Assembly: GCA_002269645.1 (NCBI GenBank)
Contig: NIVC01001556.1
Span: 1-64,000, forward strand
Source: Macrostomum lignano
Lineage: Eukaryota
Direction of reading: 5' to 3'
Length of the DNA stretch: 64,000 bases
Made by a program: the position numbers and the translations under genes. This document shows positions 46,122 through 60,500 of the stretch, piece after piece; positions within the stretch are counted from its first letter, which is position 1, and each line of letters starts with the position of its first letter. Below the pieces are notes generated by a model. That model did not search any database. It saw only the letters and a list, made by a program, of their open reading frames with translations, and was not told where the DNA came from.

Positions 46122-48881
46122 CTAGTTGATAATGCCGTTGATCCAAGAACGGACGGTGGCCACGGTGGCATAGACTCCGGGCTTGCCGGGGCCTGCATTG
46201 AGATGAAAAAATGGAGCACGTTTTGCGTTATCCATAAGTCATTAATGAGTCTCAAAATGAGTCTATTCATTGAATATGCTCCAATACGTCTGCGCAATAA
46301 GTATACCAGCGAGTCTACTCAATATGTTCGATTTTTTTCAATATTTAGGCAGCTATCAATGAACCAAAATTTTATATATCAAGAACAGACACAAGTTAAA
46401 CTTACGGGCACAATCGTAGCCCCAGGAGGTGACTCCATGGACGTACCAGACGGCGCTGCTACCAGAGCCACTGGAGCACACGAATGGGCCGCCGCTGTCA
46501 CCCTGTAAGCGAATGATTTTTACGCGATGTGCCAATAATAAGATAATTATTATTTGAGGATTGTTTACTACTCTTAGTTGCGAGTGTCGGAGAGTGCGCT
46601 CACCTGACAGGCATCGACTCCACCGTTGGGGTAGCCGGCGCAGGTCATGCGGGACGTGATCTGGCGCGGATAATTCACCGAATTGCAGGTGCTGCGAGCA
46701 ATCACGGGCACGTACGCCTGCTTCAGGGCGTTGGCAGAGCCGGTGCCTATTTTAAGATGGAGATTTTAGGTTCATTGATGCTGCAGATCAGCTCATTTTT
46801 CTCGGGCCAAACGCATTTATTACTGAATCGTGCAAACCCCAAAGCCTCTAATCAGCTCATGCACTACTGCCGGGTTACTTGTACACTTGTATGGGAAAGT
46901 CCCAATTTCAGGGAGCTGCATGGCGACTGGGGGCATCACAAGGGGGAACGGAGATAACTCTTCCCCCATAGAGACACCTTCACACTGTGTCCCAAGCATT
47001 ACCTACGTCCCTGCAACTAACTTGAGTTGGTCAAGATATGAAGCCGTCTAAAAGATGTTCATTCAGATACTTAATTAATCCCCTATAGGTGACCTCAGGT
47101 CCTGAAGCAAGCATTGTCAAAGCATCTCACCGCGAGTGTCGCCCCAGCCGGTGGTGTAGCAGTACTGTCCACCGGAGGGCTCCGATGAGGGTATGCAGGC
47201 CGGGGTGATGTAATTGTTGTAACTGACTGAGGACGACAGACGGAGTAGAGCGTAGTCGTAGTCAAGAGTGCGGTAGTTGTAACTGAGGGTGGAAGAAAAG
47301 AAACGGGGAACAGTGCTCGCTGCTTTGTTTTCTGGCCGTTAATTACTTTATGGCAAAAATTAGCGTACTTTGTAATTTATACGTTATAGAAAAACATTCT
47401 CGACTTTTTTACCGCGAGTGCATGACAATCCGGTCGACAGCATAGTTCTTCTGAGTTGAATCGCGCGAGTTCTTCACATGGCTGCCAAGTCCGACGGTGT
47501 AACGCGAGGGCGACGGATTATCCTCCACGCAGTGGGCGGCGGTCAGCACCCAGCGATTGTTGAGCAGGGTGCCGCCGCAGTAGTGCCTGTTGGCGTAGAA
47601 CAGCTGCGCCTGCCAGGGCCAGGAGCCGGGCCGGGCCTCCCGACCGCCGACGATGTAGCCGTTGCCTTCGTAGTGAGAGATCTTCTTTACGCCGCAGCCT
47701 GCAACACAGTCAATCGGAGTGAAATATACGGTCCCTCACGCTTTGGAAATGGGCAGCCGCAGTGTGTTTCTAAGGCCTTCGGTTCACTCGCTTAGGAAAC
47801 GCTCCCGGCGTACTTGACTAAATTTCTTATTGGTTTATTAAATTTATTAAAGCCATGTTCATATGACAGCGTCCATTTTTGGCGCGAATTTAAATTTGAC
47901 TGAATGTAACGAACAAAACTTTACTGATATTCTTGCTTTTGCGCGTTTAAATTTACAAAATTAGTCATACGAGTGAATATAAAGTTTCAACTGTAAACAG
48001 TACAGCTGGGAAGCCTAGTGCTCAATCCCTGATCCGCTGCATGTAATCTTACCCAATAGGCATTAGTAGGTCAATAAATACTGAGTAGCATATTTCACAG
48101 TCAATACAATATGACATTATGACTCTCTGCACATCAGCGCATCGGAAACAGACCTGACCATCTGAAACAGACATGGAGCCCGCAAGTTTCTGTATTATTG
48201 CCCGGGAATTTCTTGCATTGATTAAGTTAGTGACCTTGCATCTTTTTATTATATAGAATTTTGCATTCCCATTCTACGTCTAGAGAATTCTGAACTTAAG
48301 CAATCTGCCTGACCGAACTGGCCGGTGTCCGGCTTATCAACAGGAGAGCTAAAGTGGTTACATCTGAATCAGCAAATTGTTATCTGGAAGAGTTCAGCAA
48401 CGATTTTGCACGAAGACTTACGAAGAAAGAAATTCCGGACGTACATGGGGATGCGCTCAATGAGCTGAGAGATCTTGAACGAGGGAGAATTCCCTTTTCT
48501 TAAGTGGCTCGGTTCCAGTCGTTCCTAACCGAAAACCAACTGCCGTCCGATCCGATTTGCGTACAGACTACTACTGGTATTATAACCAACTATTTGCGTT
48601 TCTTCCACTCACAATTAAGAACCCACGGATCCTGTCATTGATTTGCAGCATCGGTTCTTCAACATCAATCGTCCAGGTGTAAACATCATTTGACACCCCC
48701 GTGTCTACATCTGTCAATCTTGGTATTCAGTTGACTATGGAAAACTCGGGGACGAAATCTCATTCATTGATTGCCTGAAAAAGTATTGTCAGTTTGGAAA
48801 AGTTAGTGACAATCAGTTATACTTACTCTGAGCGGCCGCAGACGCCACCAGAAGAAGTCCCGCTAGCAGCAAGCTGAGCAT
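46122..48881 (-). CDS. Secreted S1A (trypsin-family) serine protease zymogen, 267 aa
   Basis: Exons 48827-48881, 47413-47698, 47131-47282, 46604-46746, 46406-46502, 46122-46192 (804 nt, GT-AG, in frame). Signal peptide [17 protein letters not shown], then IVGG, TAAHC (His57), DYDYALLRL (Asp102), GDSGGP (Ser195), VDACQ (Asp189), SWG and PGVY. AATAAA on minus at 46023-46028. Confidence 0.95.
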
Positions 48882-51800
48882 ACTGTCAAACCTTTGATAG
48901 CTTCAATCGGCTAAATACCAAATAGATGTTCTAGACTCTGCTTAAATTGCATGACGGCCCGGCCGTATCCGCGTCATTTATAGGCAAGGGTTGTGACGTC
49001 CAAACTGGCAGAAGGTATTGGAAAACCGGCAGCTGCTGCTGCTGATGGTGTGCGTTGTGTTGGTGGACAGTTTATCGCATTAGCTGTAATATGATTTCCT
49101 ATGATAAATGGTTGTTAAAACGCGCCTTCAACACGTAGGAAAACGCAGTAGGAAACGCATCGGGGACATTTGTGGATTTTCACACGGAATAAAAGCTTGG
49201 CAAGTTGTCTTCAAGTCCCTTGATATTAATAGTGCAAAGCAGTCGTAGTTCCGCTTATCAGTGCTCGCATTTCGTGATCGCAAGCTACAGCCAGGGAATA
49301 CTTTATACATCGAGGAATAACTAAATTATGACTGCACCGGTGGGTACGAGTATAGCATTTGCAGATACTCGTATCTACTGGTAAATCGTGCTAGATACGG
49401 TGAATTAATCAAAATTAGACGCAAGGCACTCGTCATAAAAATGGACGAAGTGGACGAGTATTAGTCCAACATCGATCAAAGCTGACAAATATTTTAGCAA
49501 ATACACACTTTTAGAAATCAAGCGCATTAACTTTATCGATAGAAATGACAACTTGTTTCTGTTTGTTTTCTTTTCCCGACAAACCATACTATGTACTTGT
49601 AGCAGCGTAATCAACTTATTAGTACATGGTTGTTACACGAGTGGGTCAACACTTAGCACCATTCCAGAAAGTTAAAGGCTCCATGTTGATGTACAAGCCG
49701 TGTTTTCACTCTAAATTTGGCTTCATTAGATGACGGTGTGGACGAGTCTTAAGCAGAAAGAGTTTGTTCCATGGTCAATGGAACACACACATACACACAA
49801 TGGATCCACACAGCTTCTAAATTAACCACTAGGAGTCGCGGTAGTCTACTACAGTATATGCTTACATCTAAGTGGGTCCTTGAGTGAGAGTGGACAACTA
49901 AAGATGTGCCACGCAATTGCAGCGCCTTTGGTTGCTAAACTAGCGCCTTTCCAGAGACGGTTAAGGCTTCTATTTCTCAGGTCTGCGCTAAAAGCTAGAC
50001 CGTTAAATCTATTCTCTCCATCATCTTCTGGAAACTGCAGCTGGTATCATCTGTCTGACAGTAGCGAACTGCCTTTGATGGATTTAAGCCATCGAGATAA
50101 TCTGCAAGTATAAGTCCCAGAAGTAGAATAGGATCGATTACTAACTAACTCACATCTACTTTGTCTCTAAAGCTGCGAGAAAAATTTAGGCGTACGCGTC
50201 CAATGTATACTGGCTACTTGGATTTCACTGTATCGGTAATGCAAGGATACTGTGTCGAGTTTCTCGGTTCGCTAACATACATTTTAGCAGTCAAAAAACA
50301 CTTTTGCATTAGTCAATTCTCTTTCTCTCCCATGTGTTAGTCGATCTGCCCGACTAAATTCTCTCGATAATGCTAAGATTCGCGTGTCTTGTTGGTGTCG
50401 TTCTTGGTTTGGCGCCTTATTTTCCAGAGCTCGTCAGATTTTTGTCAAGCGGTTTTCCCTTGTAAATATATCACCCATTCGCGTCACACACGTGATTTTT
50501 CCTCGGATCTTTATAATCAGTCTTCGTGCAATTCCATATCTCAAACCGAAACCGATACGCGCGTATAAAAATTCCTGACAGCACCCCTTGCCCCAGCTGC
50601 TACTGCTGAAACGTAGAGTGTGTGCTTGCACTGCACTGCACCGTTTGTTTCGAATTCTGCCAAAATTTTCATTGACTCCGAGTCTTACATGTACATAATA
50701 TAAGTCTGCATAATTTTACGTTTAAGTTAATTTTTAGCATAAGTTTAAACTTTCTAGTTTTCAGTGGGTGTAGGCACTGTATTCAGAATATTCTCTGTTA
50801 CAAAACAGAGCCATGCAACAACCATAGTTAATGTGTCATTTGTAACATATATTAAGGCGCATTGGAATTAATTTTTTTCCTGCGGGGGCAAGGATCGAGT
50901 CTCAAGTTCCAAGTTCCAGAAAAATACGCTTGCTTGCCGCCGGCAAGATTTTAGCGTTTAAACAGGGATAGTTGTCGTCCCTGCGTTTAAATTTAAGTCG
51001 TGTTGTAAGATGCCACCATTTTGTTTACAGTTGTAAATAAAAAGAAAGACTCAAAATTTGGTCGGTTGGATCATCAGTTTACAGTCCAGAAGCTGAAGTA
51101 ATTATATATACTCGTAAACATGTACATTATGCATGCAGGGACTGCTGAAATACGGGACGGGAAACTGGCAAAATCATGCAGAAATTAAATAGTTAGAGGC
51201 TGGTTTTTTCTAGTGCTCCCTAAAATTTATTATTAAATGTAGAAAGCGAGATTTTTCACCATCCTGTGCAGGATTCATACCTCTGCAAGATGCACACAAC
51301 TCACTTTTAATAATTTTTCAAGTGTAAGAAAAGCAGTTTTAGTAGTCCTATATATGATACATGTATATATGACTTAGGACGCAAAGGGGAGACCCATTGC
51401 GCACGTTCTCGCAGAAAAAACGGGAGGGGCAGTCAGCAGCAGCCTGAGGGGTTAGCGCAAGCGCCTGCAAGTCAGCGATGAGGCAAATCAGTCAGAGTCA
51501 GTAGCCTGCAGTGCGGGGCCTGGCATATATGTATTGTTTCGAAAATATAATTTCAACACCTGTCATGCCACCATTATTAGCTGCAATGTTGCTTTTTTCT
51601 GAGTCTACTTTTCGCAGCGTACCTCAATATATTACAGATTATGCCTGAGCTCAATTATGTGTCATTGTGAATTCAAATTAAAGTAATGAAAACTTAACGT
51701 ACTAAGCTTACTAAAACAATTTTTATTAGGCAGGAAATTTTGAGTTTTATCTATGGAAGAGTCATTATAAGAATAGCTTTGCCAAAAGAATTAAAATACA

Positions 51801-54194
51801 GAAAAAAAATAATTAATTGTTTCAATAACTAAAATAACAACAAGAATTTATCGCATTTTCAACTTGACTCCATCGTTTCATGTCATAAAATTCAAAAGTT
51901 AGTGTACGTCGACTCTATAATATAGCTCAATAGCTGTCGCTGTCTGTCTGTTTGACTTGAAATTGAAGTCAAAATACTGATTACGGATAGACCCTAGCTA
52001 TAGTATAATAAGACTTGCGTAGTGTGGCAAACGATTTACCGCATCCTAGTTTTGTTAACTTATCATTTAGTACCACTCAAAGTAGCTGACTGGACTGCTA
52101 CTGCTACTGACTCGGGTTCAAGTCTATTAGTCAAATGAGTGTCTTAAGTTTCAAGTGAAGTAGGCCTACAGTAGTGGATCTGGTAGGCTACTTATAGGGA
52201 TTTCAGTGAGGCCTTTAAGGTTCCTGAGGTTCCTTAAAATAAATTTAAGTTTATTTAATAAACATTAAATATGCCATAAAAAACAAACAAAATAGAATTT
52301 TTTGCAAATGAATAGCTTTGCAAGGCAATTAAACCTACATATTAGAATAAAAGCAGATATGTATACTTATAGAAAGAAAGAAGAGAAATGGTACTTTTTA
52401 ATTTTAAATATATAATATATATATATCTGGTTTTCATTGGCATGGCATGATAACAAACTATGTCATCTTTTCATTGAAAAAATACAAAAACTAAAGTATT
52501 TTCACAAATTAAAATTTTGTATTTTTCAAATAAAAAATTAAGCATAAAAAACAATATAAAAATAATGTGACAAAATCCAGTTCCAAGTTAAAATTTAGGC
52601 TCCATTAAATTCTATTATATTGAAGGATCAAGGTTTCTTGTTTAAATTTAGCAAAAGCCTAAGAAATATTTTGTACACTTTATACCATTAATTTTTATTT
52701 TTATGCAAATTTTAATTTAGAAAAATTTTATTTTTACAAAAATGACTAGCCTATGCAAGCTATTTTAGAAAAATAGAATGAAATAGGCCTATATAAAAAA
52801 CATTTAAATTAGGCCTTACCCTTGCCTTGCCTTATGATATAAGAAAAATATATATTAAGTATATATTATTAAGTATTTAAGTATTTAGATTTATAATGAT
52901 TTTTACAAATAACTGAGTCTGAATTTTAAGAAAAAATTTATTATTTATTCCAATATTTGCAACTTAAAAAATTGTCTATGTGATAAAATCTTAAATTACA
53001 TGGCATAATTATAAATTCTAATAAACTAATCAATGTTAATAAACTATTTATTTACTTAATTCCTTTTTTATACATTTCAATATAAGAATAGATTCTTTTT
53101 ATGCTTTATAAATAATAAAGTATTCAATTAAACTTTAAACTTATCTATGCAGTTTCACAAGATTATAAAAACACATTTTCATAGTTAACATAATTTTATT
53201 CTGTTTTTTTGTTATTCTTTGAGTAGTAATAAGCAAGGTTTTATACAATTTGAATTTAATCATTTGTCAATTTGATTTTAAACATATCTAAGTATACTAG
53301 TATGTCAATAGACTTTTTCATCATTTATATAAGATGCTGTTTGCAATTTGCATTTAATTTTAATTTTTAATTTTTAATTTTAGCTAAAAACTATATCATT
53401 GGTATATTTTGTCTAATATTATAGTCAATAAAGTTTTTTATTGATAGAAATTGCATATTAGCAAATTTGTTAATAGGACTATTTACTAAATAGGTGTACA
53501 TAGTAGTCAAGCCTTTATACACTTCAATTTATAGTTTAAAGCTATATAAATATAGTGAACTAGACTTATGCTTGTTTCTATACATTTTATTCACTTATCT
53601 ACCACTGCCCTGCTTAGTCTTGGATTTAATGCTTTTGCCCATAGACTTATACTTAGCACTTTGCCATATTAGCATTAAGTGCATTATGTAATTTGCATTG
53701 TAAGACAAAACAGTTCTATTGACCTTAATATTAGACAAAAGGAATCAATTCCTGATGGGATAAAATTTAATAAAATTATAGTTATGCCTGAATTTATGTA
53801 TGTATTCAGGTGTATAACAGTCCAGATAATGCTAAGCTTAATGCTATAGGAAATTTTTAGCATTGCCTAGATTTTTGCCTCTTTTGGGAATCAATAGGAT
53901 CCCAAAATTTCTATGAATTTATTCCTAATTATTATAAAACTAGACATTGATCTAGTTTTTTGTTTTTTTAATCATTCATATTTTAAAATAGTTTAAAGAC
54001 ATAAATCATTCACTTAGCATGTGTGGCAGAAAATCTTCCTGACTGGAACTTTATTGTTTAGGATTTTAATTACTACAATTTTATCACAACCACAAGGTCC
54101 AATTCCCAAGGCAATGAGACAGCCCTCCCACAAATATTAATTTTTATCATAGGAAAATAAAGAATCCAAAATCGAAATCTTCTGTTCAATTCCT

Positions 54195-55488
54195 ATGGCA
54201 ACAGCATCATCAACCTCTGGCGGCGGCAGTGGCGGTGACCCAGACTCCGCCAACCAGGAGAAGCCGTCAGCCAGCCAGCAATTCGAGTGCAACATCTGCC
54301 TGGAGACGGCCACAGAGCCCGTGGTGAGCCACTGCGGCCACCTGTTCTGCTGGGCCTGCGTCTATCGCTGGAGGGAGACGCAGGGCCGCTCGCCGTCCTG
54401 TCCGGTGTGCAAAAGCGGCATTAGTCGGGACAAAGTCATCCCGCTGTATGGCCGAGGCGGCTCCGGCAATACCACGGATCCGCGCAGCAGGGTGCCGCCG
54501 CGGCCACAGGGCCAGCGCTCAGAGCCGGAGGCTGCAGGCGGCCTGCATGGCTTCGCTGACGGCCTGTTTGGCCAGCAGCACGGCGGCACTTTTCAGTTCA
54601 CCTTCGGCATTGGCGGCTTCCCGTTTGCCTTCTTTGGCACTAATTTTAATATGAGTGAGTTGCTCCCGCATTGAGGCCATTAGAATCCGCATTGCGGCCA
54701 TTAGAATCCACATTGCGGCCATTAGAATCCACATTGCGGCCATTAGAATCCACATTGCGGCCATTAGAATCCGCATTAAGGCCATTAGAATCCACATTGC
54801 GGCCATTAGAATCCGCATTGCGGCCATTAGAATCCACATTAAGGCCATTAGAATCCACATTGCGGCCATTAGAATCCACATTGCGGCCATTAGAATCCGC
54901 ATTAAGGCCATTAGAATCCACATTGCGGCCATTAGAATCCGCATTGCGGCCATTAGAATCCACATTGCGGCCATTAGAATCCGCATTAAGGCCATTAGAA
55001 TCCACATTGCGGCCATTAGAATCCACATTGCGGCCATTAGAATCCACATTAAGGCCCTTAGAATCCACAGGCCATTAGAATCCACATTAAGGCCATTATA
55101 ATCCGCACTGACGCCATTAGAATCCACATTGCGGCCATTAGAATCCACATTGAGGCCATTAGAATCCGCATTGAGGCCATTAGAATCCGCATTGAGGCCA
55201 TTAGAATCCACACTGACGCCATTAGAATCCGCACTGACGCCATTAGAATCCACATTGCGGCCATTAAAATCCGCATTGAGGCCATTAGAATCCACATTGC
55301 GGCCATTAGAATTCGCACTGACGCCATTAGAATTCGCACTGACGGCTACTCAATGCCACATTCCCGCAGATGGGCAGAACAGGAACCGAGACGCCTTTGG
55401 TCAGGTGAACACTGAAGAAGACGCCTTCCTCAGCAAAGTGTTTCTCTACATTGCAATCATATTTGTTGTGTGGCTGCTACTAGCCTGA
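54195..55488 (+). CDS. RNF185: RNF5/RNF185-family membrane-anchored RING E3 ligase (ERAD)
   Basis: Exons 54195-54654 and 55370-55488 (phase 1, gtgagt..cgcag). C3HC4 RING FECNICL..CGHLFCWAC..CPVCK, then VIPLYGRG..DPR..PPRPQGQR, FGIGGFPF, and a C-terminal TM FLSKVFLYIAIIFVVWLLLA. RNF5 and RNF185 cannot be told apart here. Confidence 0.94.
54675..55345. repeat. 21-bp minisatellite (GCCATTAGAATCCACATTGCG)n filling the RNF185 intron
   Basis: Direct reading. Confidence 0.96.
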
Positions 55489-56632
55489 ATTGAAGATTCG
55501 CAACTTCCAGCTTCATCTAACATACATGCGCAACACCCTGATTTACACCGGCCGTGCGACTTACTTTTGATAAAAAAGCGACTTGCCTATCAAAGTGACC
55601 CTAAAGCAAAATTAATATAATTAATTTTTTTGGTAAACGGCAGGAGTAACTATCACAGTATCATTAGGGTAACTGCCTCGTCATATAATTAGTTGCAAGT
55701 CTATTTTTGGGTGGGCATTTTTGCGACTTACTTTGGCCGGGTCGGCCGGGTGTTGCGCATGTATATTCATCTAATGTCATTAACTATCCATTGATCTCGT
55801 CTCTACAGTCGGAAATATTACTAATTCATATGCACCATGAATATATTATAATTACTGATGGTGTCATCACTTTTGAATGGTTAAACTTATCAGTGATATT
55901 TTGCCTGATTAGTGCAGATCCCGATTAAAAATTAAATTGCCTATAGAAAATTTATGACAAAATTTTCGTTGCTTTTCAGACACTCAATGTATAATGATTA
56001 ATTATATTATACATTGTAATGTATAATTATAGTAGCCTACTATACTACCTACTATAATTATAGTAGGTATTAAGCTATATTTATATAGATGTACTTTATC
56101 TAATCTTTGCAATAAGGATTTTGTTGTGTAATCTGTATTCACGGCTTTCATTCATTTGGACCCAGTTTGCTTTCCTGACCAAATCTAATGGCTTCTCATG
56201 AACAGGCTGTTCTCTCAGGTTCTTAACATTACCCTTCGGAATGGGCACGGGTCATTGTGTGGTGTCTGCTTAACGTTTGTGATTTGTAAGCCCCCCTCTT
56301 ATCCAGTATGGTAACAAGAGTAACACGTAATTATCATTCACGGATTTGTACTTCTAATGATTGAACGAATGACAATTATATTCTAATTCAAGCTTACATT
56401 GCTACTGTACTAGTAGCTTAGTGAATTTTTTCTGTCTACTGAATAGTTGTCGAAACACTGCACCACTACTACTGTTGAAATGCGATTTTTTAATTAACAT
56501 AAAATTGTTTATTGTAAATCGATTTTATTACGCCCATCTGTTGCACTGTATCGCTTCTATTATTATTTTCCAATTTATTTTTCAGCATGTAGTTTCTTCA
56601 CTTGTTAACAATAGATAAATCTTTCTTGACCT

Positions 56633-57452
56633 AAGTCACACTCCTGACCAAAGTCACTCCTGACCAAAGTCACTCCTGACCAAAGTCACTCCTGACCAAA
56701 GTCACTCCTGACCAAAGTCACTCTTGACCCAATTCACTTCTGACCAAAGTCACTCCTGACCAGCCACTCCTCACCAAAATCACTCCTGACCAAAATCACT
56801 CAGACCAAAATCACCACTGACGAAATCACCACTGACGAAATCACCACTGACCGAAATCACCACTGACCGAAATCACCACTGACCGAAAAAATCACAGACC
56901 GAAATCACCACCGACCGAAATCACCACCCAGACCGAAATAATCACAGACCGAAATCACCACTGACCGAAATCATCACCCAGACCGAAATCACCACTGACC
57001 GAAATCACCACTGACCGAAATCACCACCGACCGAAATCACCACTGACCGAAATCATCACTGACCGAAATCATCACAGACCGAAATCACCACTGACCGAAA
57101 TCATCACTGACCGAAATCATCACCCAGACCGAAATCATCACTGACCGAAATCATCACCCAGACCGAAATCATCACTGACCGAAATCACCACTGACCGAAA
57201 TCATCACTGACCGAAATCATCACTGACCGAAATCATCACTGACCGAAATCATCACTGACCGAAATCATCACTGACCGAAATCACCACTGACCGAAATCAC
57301 CACTGACCGAAATCATCACTGACCGAAATCACCACTGACCGAAATCATCACTGACCGAAATAATCACTGACCGAAATCATCACCCAGACCGAAATCATCA
57401 CAGATCGAAATCACCAGTGACCGAAATGATCACTGACCGAAAATCACTCCTG
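56633..57452. repeat. About 17-bp minisatellite (CTGACCGAAATCATCA[C])n
   Basis: Direct reading; ends about 80 bp before the FBXO8 ATG. Confidence 0.95.
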
Positions 57453-57533
57453 ACTCTCACTCTCGTAGTAATGTATCCCTACAAAAGCAGATAGAAGCCA
57501 TGTCAAACAACAATGACTTCAGCCACAGACTAC

Positions 57534-60500
57534 ATGGGCCAGATACTAACCAGGCGCCAGTACGAAGACCTGCTGATTGACGGCTTGGCGGTCGCGGCAG
57601 TCAGCAACGCAGCAAGGCAGCAGTCGAACAGAGCCGACCGATCCCGAGCTCTGGCCCGATTTCGCGACCTATCGGAATTGCCGCCGGAACTGGCGCTGGC
57701 TATTCTGAGCCACCTGGGCCCTACGGATCTGTGCCTGGCCGCCTGCGTCTGGGGCCATTTGGCTAATGACGAGCTGCTGTGGCAGGCCCTGTGCAAAAAT
57801 GCCTGGGCCTATTGTACAGCTTATAGCGTGCCGGGCCGCTCCTACCGGCAGCTCTATCTGCGATTGGATGAAGCTTCACTCAGCTTCAATGCCGACTGCT
57901 TCGATGGTTTTGCCTGCTTTCTTAGGCACGAAATTCTTATTGACGAGCCGGGAGAATTGGCCCTGTTCTTTCACGGCGCTCGGGTGCTGGACAGGCGCCA
58001 GGTTAGCCGCTTCATGGAGACTCGGTGAGGCGCTGCTGCTTGGCTGGGCTGTGCTGTGCTGTACTGACTCACTAGCTGGGGATTGTGAAGCTTGGGATTC
58101 TGAGGGAAATTTGGGGATTGTGAAGCTTGGGATTCTGAGAGAAACTTGGGTATAGTGAAGCTTGGGGGTTCTAGGAGAAATTTGGGGATTGTGAAGCTGG
58201 GGATTCTGAGAGAAATTTGGGGATTGTGAAGCTTGGGATTTTGAGAGAAACTTGGGGATTGTGAAGCTTGGGATTCTGAGAGAAACTTGGGTATAGTGAA
58301 GCTTGGGGATTCTGAGAGAAATTTGGGGATTGTGAAGCTTGGGATTCTGAGAGAAATTTGGGGATTGTGAAGCTTGGGATTCTGAGGGAAATTTGGGGAT
58401 TGTGAAGCTTGGGATTCTGAGAGAAACTTAGGGATTGTGAAGCTTGGGATTCTGAGAGAAACTTGGGGATTGTGAAGCTTGGGGGTTCTAGGAGAAATTT
58501 GGGGATTGTGAAGCTTGGGATTCTGAGGGAAATTTGGGGATTCTGAAGCTTGGGATTCTGAGGGAAATTTGGGGATTCTGAAGCTTGGCGATTCTGAGGG
58601 AAATTCGGGGATTGTGATGCTGGGGTGTTCTAAGAGAAACTTGGGGATTGTGAAGCTTGGGATTCTGAGAGAAACTTGGAGATTGTGAAGCTGGGGATTC
58701 TGAGAAAAATTTGGGGATTGTGAAGCTTGGGATTCTGAGAGAAACTTGGAGATTGTGAAGCTGGGGATTCTGAGAGAAATTTGGGGATTGTGAAGCTGGG
58801 GATTCTGAGAGAAACTTGGGGATTGTGAAGCTGGGGATTCTGAGAGAAATTAGGGGATTGTGAAGCTGGGGATTCTGAGAGAAACTTGGGGATTGTGAAG
58901 CTTAGGATTCTGAGGGAAATTTAGGGATTGTGAAGCTTGGGGGTTCTGAGAGAAACGGGGATTGTAAAGCTTAGGATTCTGGGGTAAATTTAGGGATTCT
59001 GAAGCTTGGGTGTTCTGAGAGAAACTTGGGGATTGTGAAGCTTAGGATTCTGGGGGAAATTTGTTCTGAAGCTTAGGGGTTCTGAGAGAAACTTGGGGAT
59101 TGTGAAGCTTAGGATTCTGAGGGAAATTTAGGGATTGTGAAGCATTGGGGTTCTGAGAGAAACTTAGGGATTCTGAATCTTGGGGTCCTGAGAGAAATTT
59201 GGGGATTCTGAAGCTTAGGATTCTGGGGGAAATTTGGGGATTCTGAAGCTTGGCGGTTCTGAGACAAATTTGGGGATTCTGAAGCTTGGGGTTCTGATGG
59301 AACTTTAGAGATTCTGAAGCTTGAGGATTGTAGAGGAAATTTGAGGATTGTAGGGGAAATTTGAGGATTGTAGGGGAAATTTGAGGAATGCAGGGAAAAT
59401 TTGAGGATTGCAGGGGGAATTTGAGGAATGCAGGGGAAATTTAAGGATTGTAGGGGAAATTTGAGGATGGGGTGAAGCTGTATGATTGTGACCTTTGTTA
59501 TTACCTAAAGTACATTATCGATTCCCGCCCACTCAGGCCCGACGTTCTAGACAAACTGATGGAACGGAAAAGCTTCGAAAACCAGTTTTTGCCGAATGCG
59601 CTTCGTAAATTTTTCAACGAAGTGGAGGCGCCAAACGCTAGAAACGAATACTTGAGCCTGCTGCTGGACCGGTTTAGCCTGCGCTTTGTGGCCTCCAACC
59701 CTGGCACTGGACTGAGCAAAGGTTTGTCCAGTCTGCTAGTCTGGTAGAGTAGGAGTGGAGTCTGGTGGAGTAGGTGTAGAGTCTGGTGGAGTAGGTGTAG
59801 AGTCTGGTAGAGTAAGAGTGGAGTCTGGTAGAGTAAATGTAGAGCCTGGTAGAGTAAGAGTGGAGTCTGGTAGAGTAAGAGTGGAGTCTGGTGGAGTAGG
59901 TGTAGAGTCTGGTAGAGTAAGAGTGGAGTCTGGTAGAGTAAATGTAGAGTCTGGTAAAGTAAGAGTGGAGTCTGGTAGAGTAAGAGTGGAGTCTGGTAGA
60001 GTAAGAGTGGAGTCTGGTAGAGTAAGAGTGGAGTCTGGTAGAGTAAGAGTGGAGTCTGGTAGAGTAAGAGTGGAGTCTGGTAGAGTAAGAGTGGAGTCTG
60101 GTAGAGTAAGAGTGGAGTCTGGTAGAGTAAGAGTGGAGTCTGGTAGAGTAAGAGTGGAGTCTGGTAGAGTAAGAGTGGAGTCTGGTGGAGTAGGTGTAGA
60201 GTGTAGTATAGTAGATGTGGAGTCTGGTGGAGTAGGTGTAGAGTCTGGTAGAGTAGGTGTAGAGTCTGGTAGAGTAGGTGTAGAATCTGGTAGAGTAGGT
60301 GTTGAGTCTGGTAGAGTAGGTGTAGAATCTGGTAGAGTAGGTGTTGAGTCTGGTAGAGTAGGTGTAGAGTCTGGTAGAGTAAGAGTGGAGTCTGGTGGAG
60401 TAGGTGTAGTAGAGTCTGGTATAGTAGATGTGGAGTCTGGTGGAGTAGGTGTAGAGTCTGGTAGAGTAGGTGTAGAATCTGGTAGAGTAGGTGTAGAGTC

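Noticed and set aside
48300-48503. Stop-free + frame ([25 protein letters not shown]) inside protease intron 1
   Set aside because: About 66 codons, no Met, no partner exon or recognisable motif; within chance expectation.
54519-55339. Several repetitive ORFs (DSNGRNV, LESTLRP, IRIHIAA)
   Set aside because: Translations of the 21-bp array inside the RNF185 intron.
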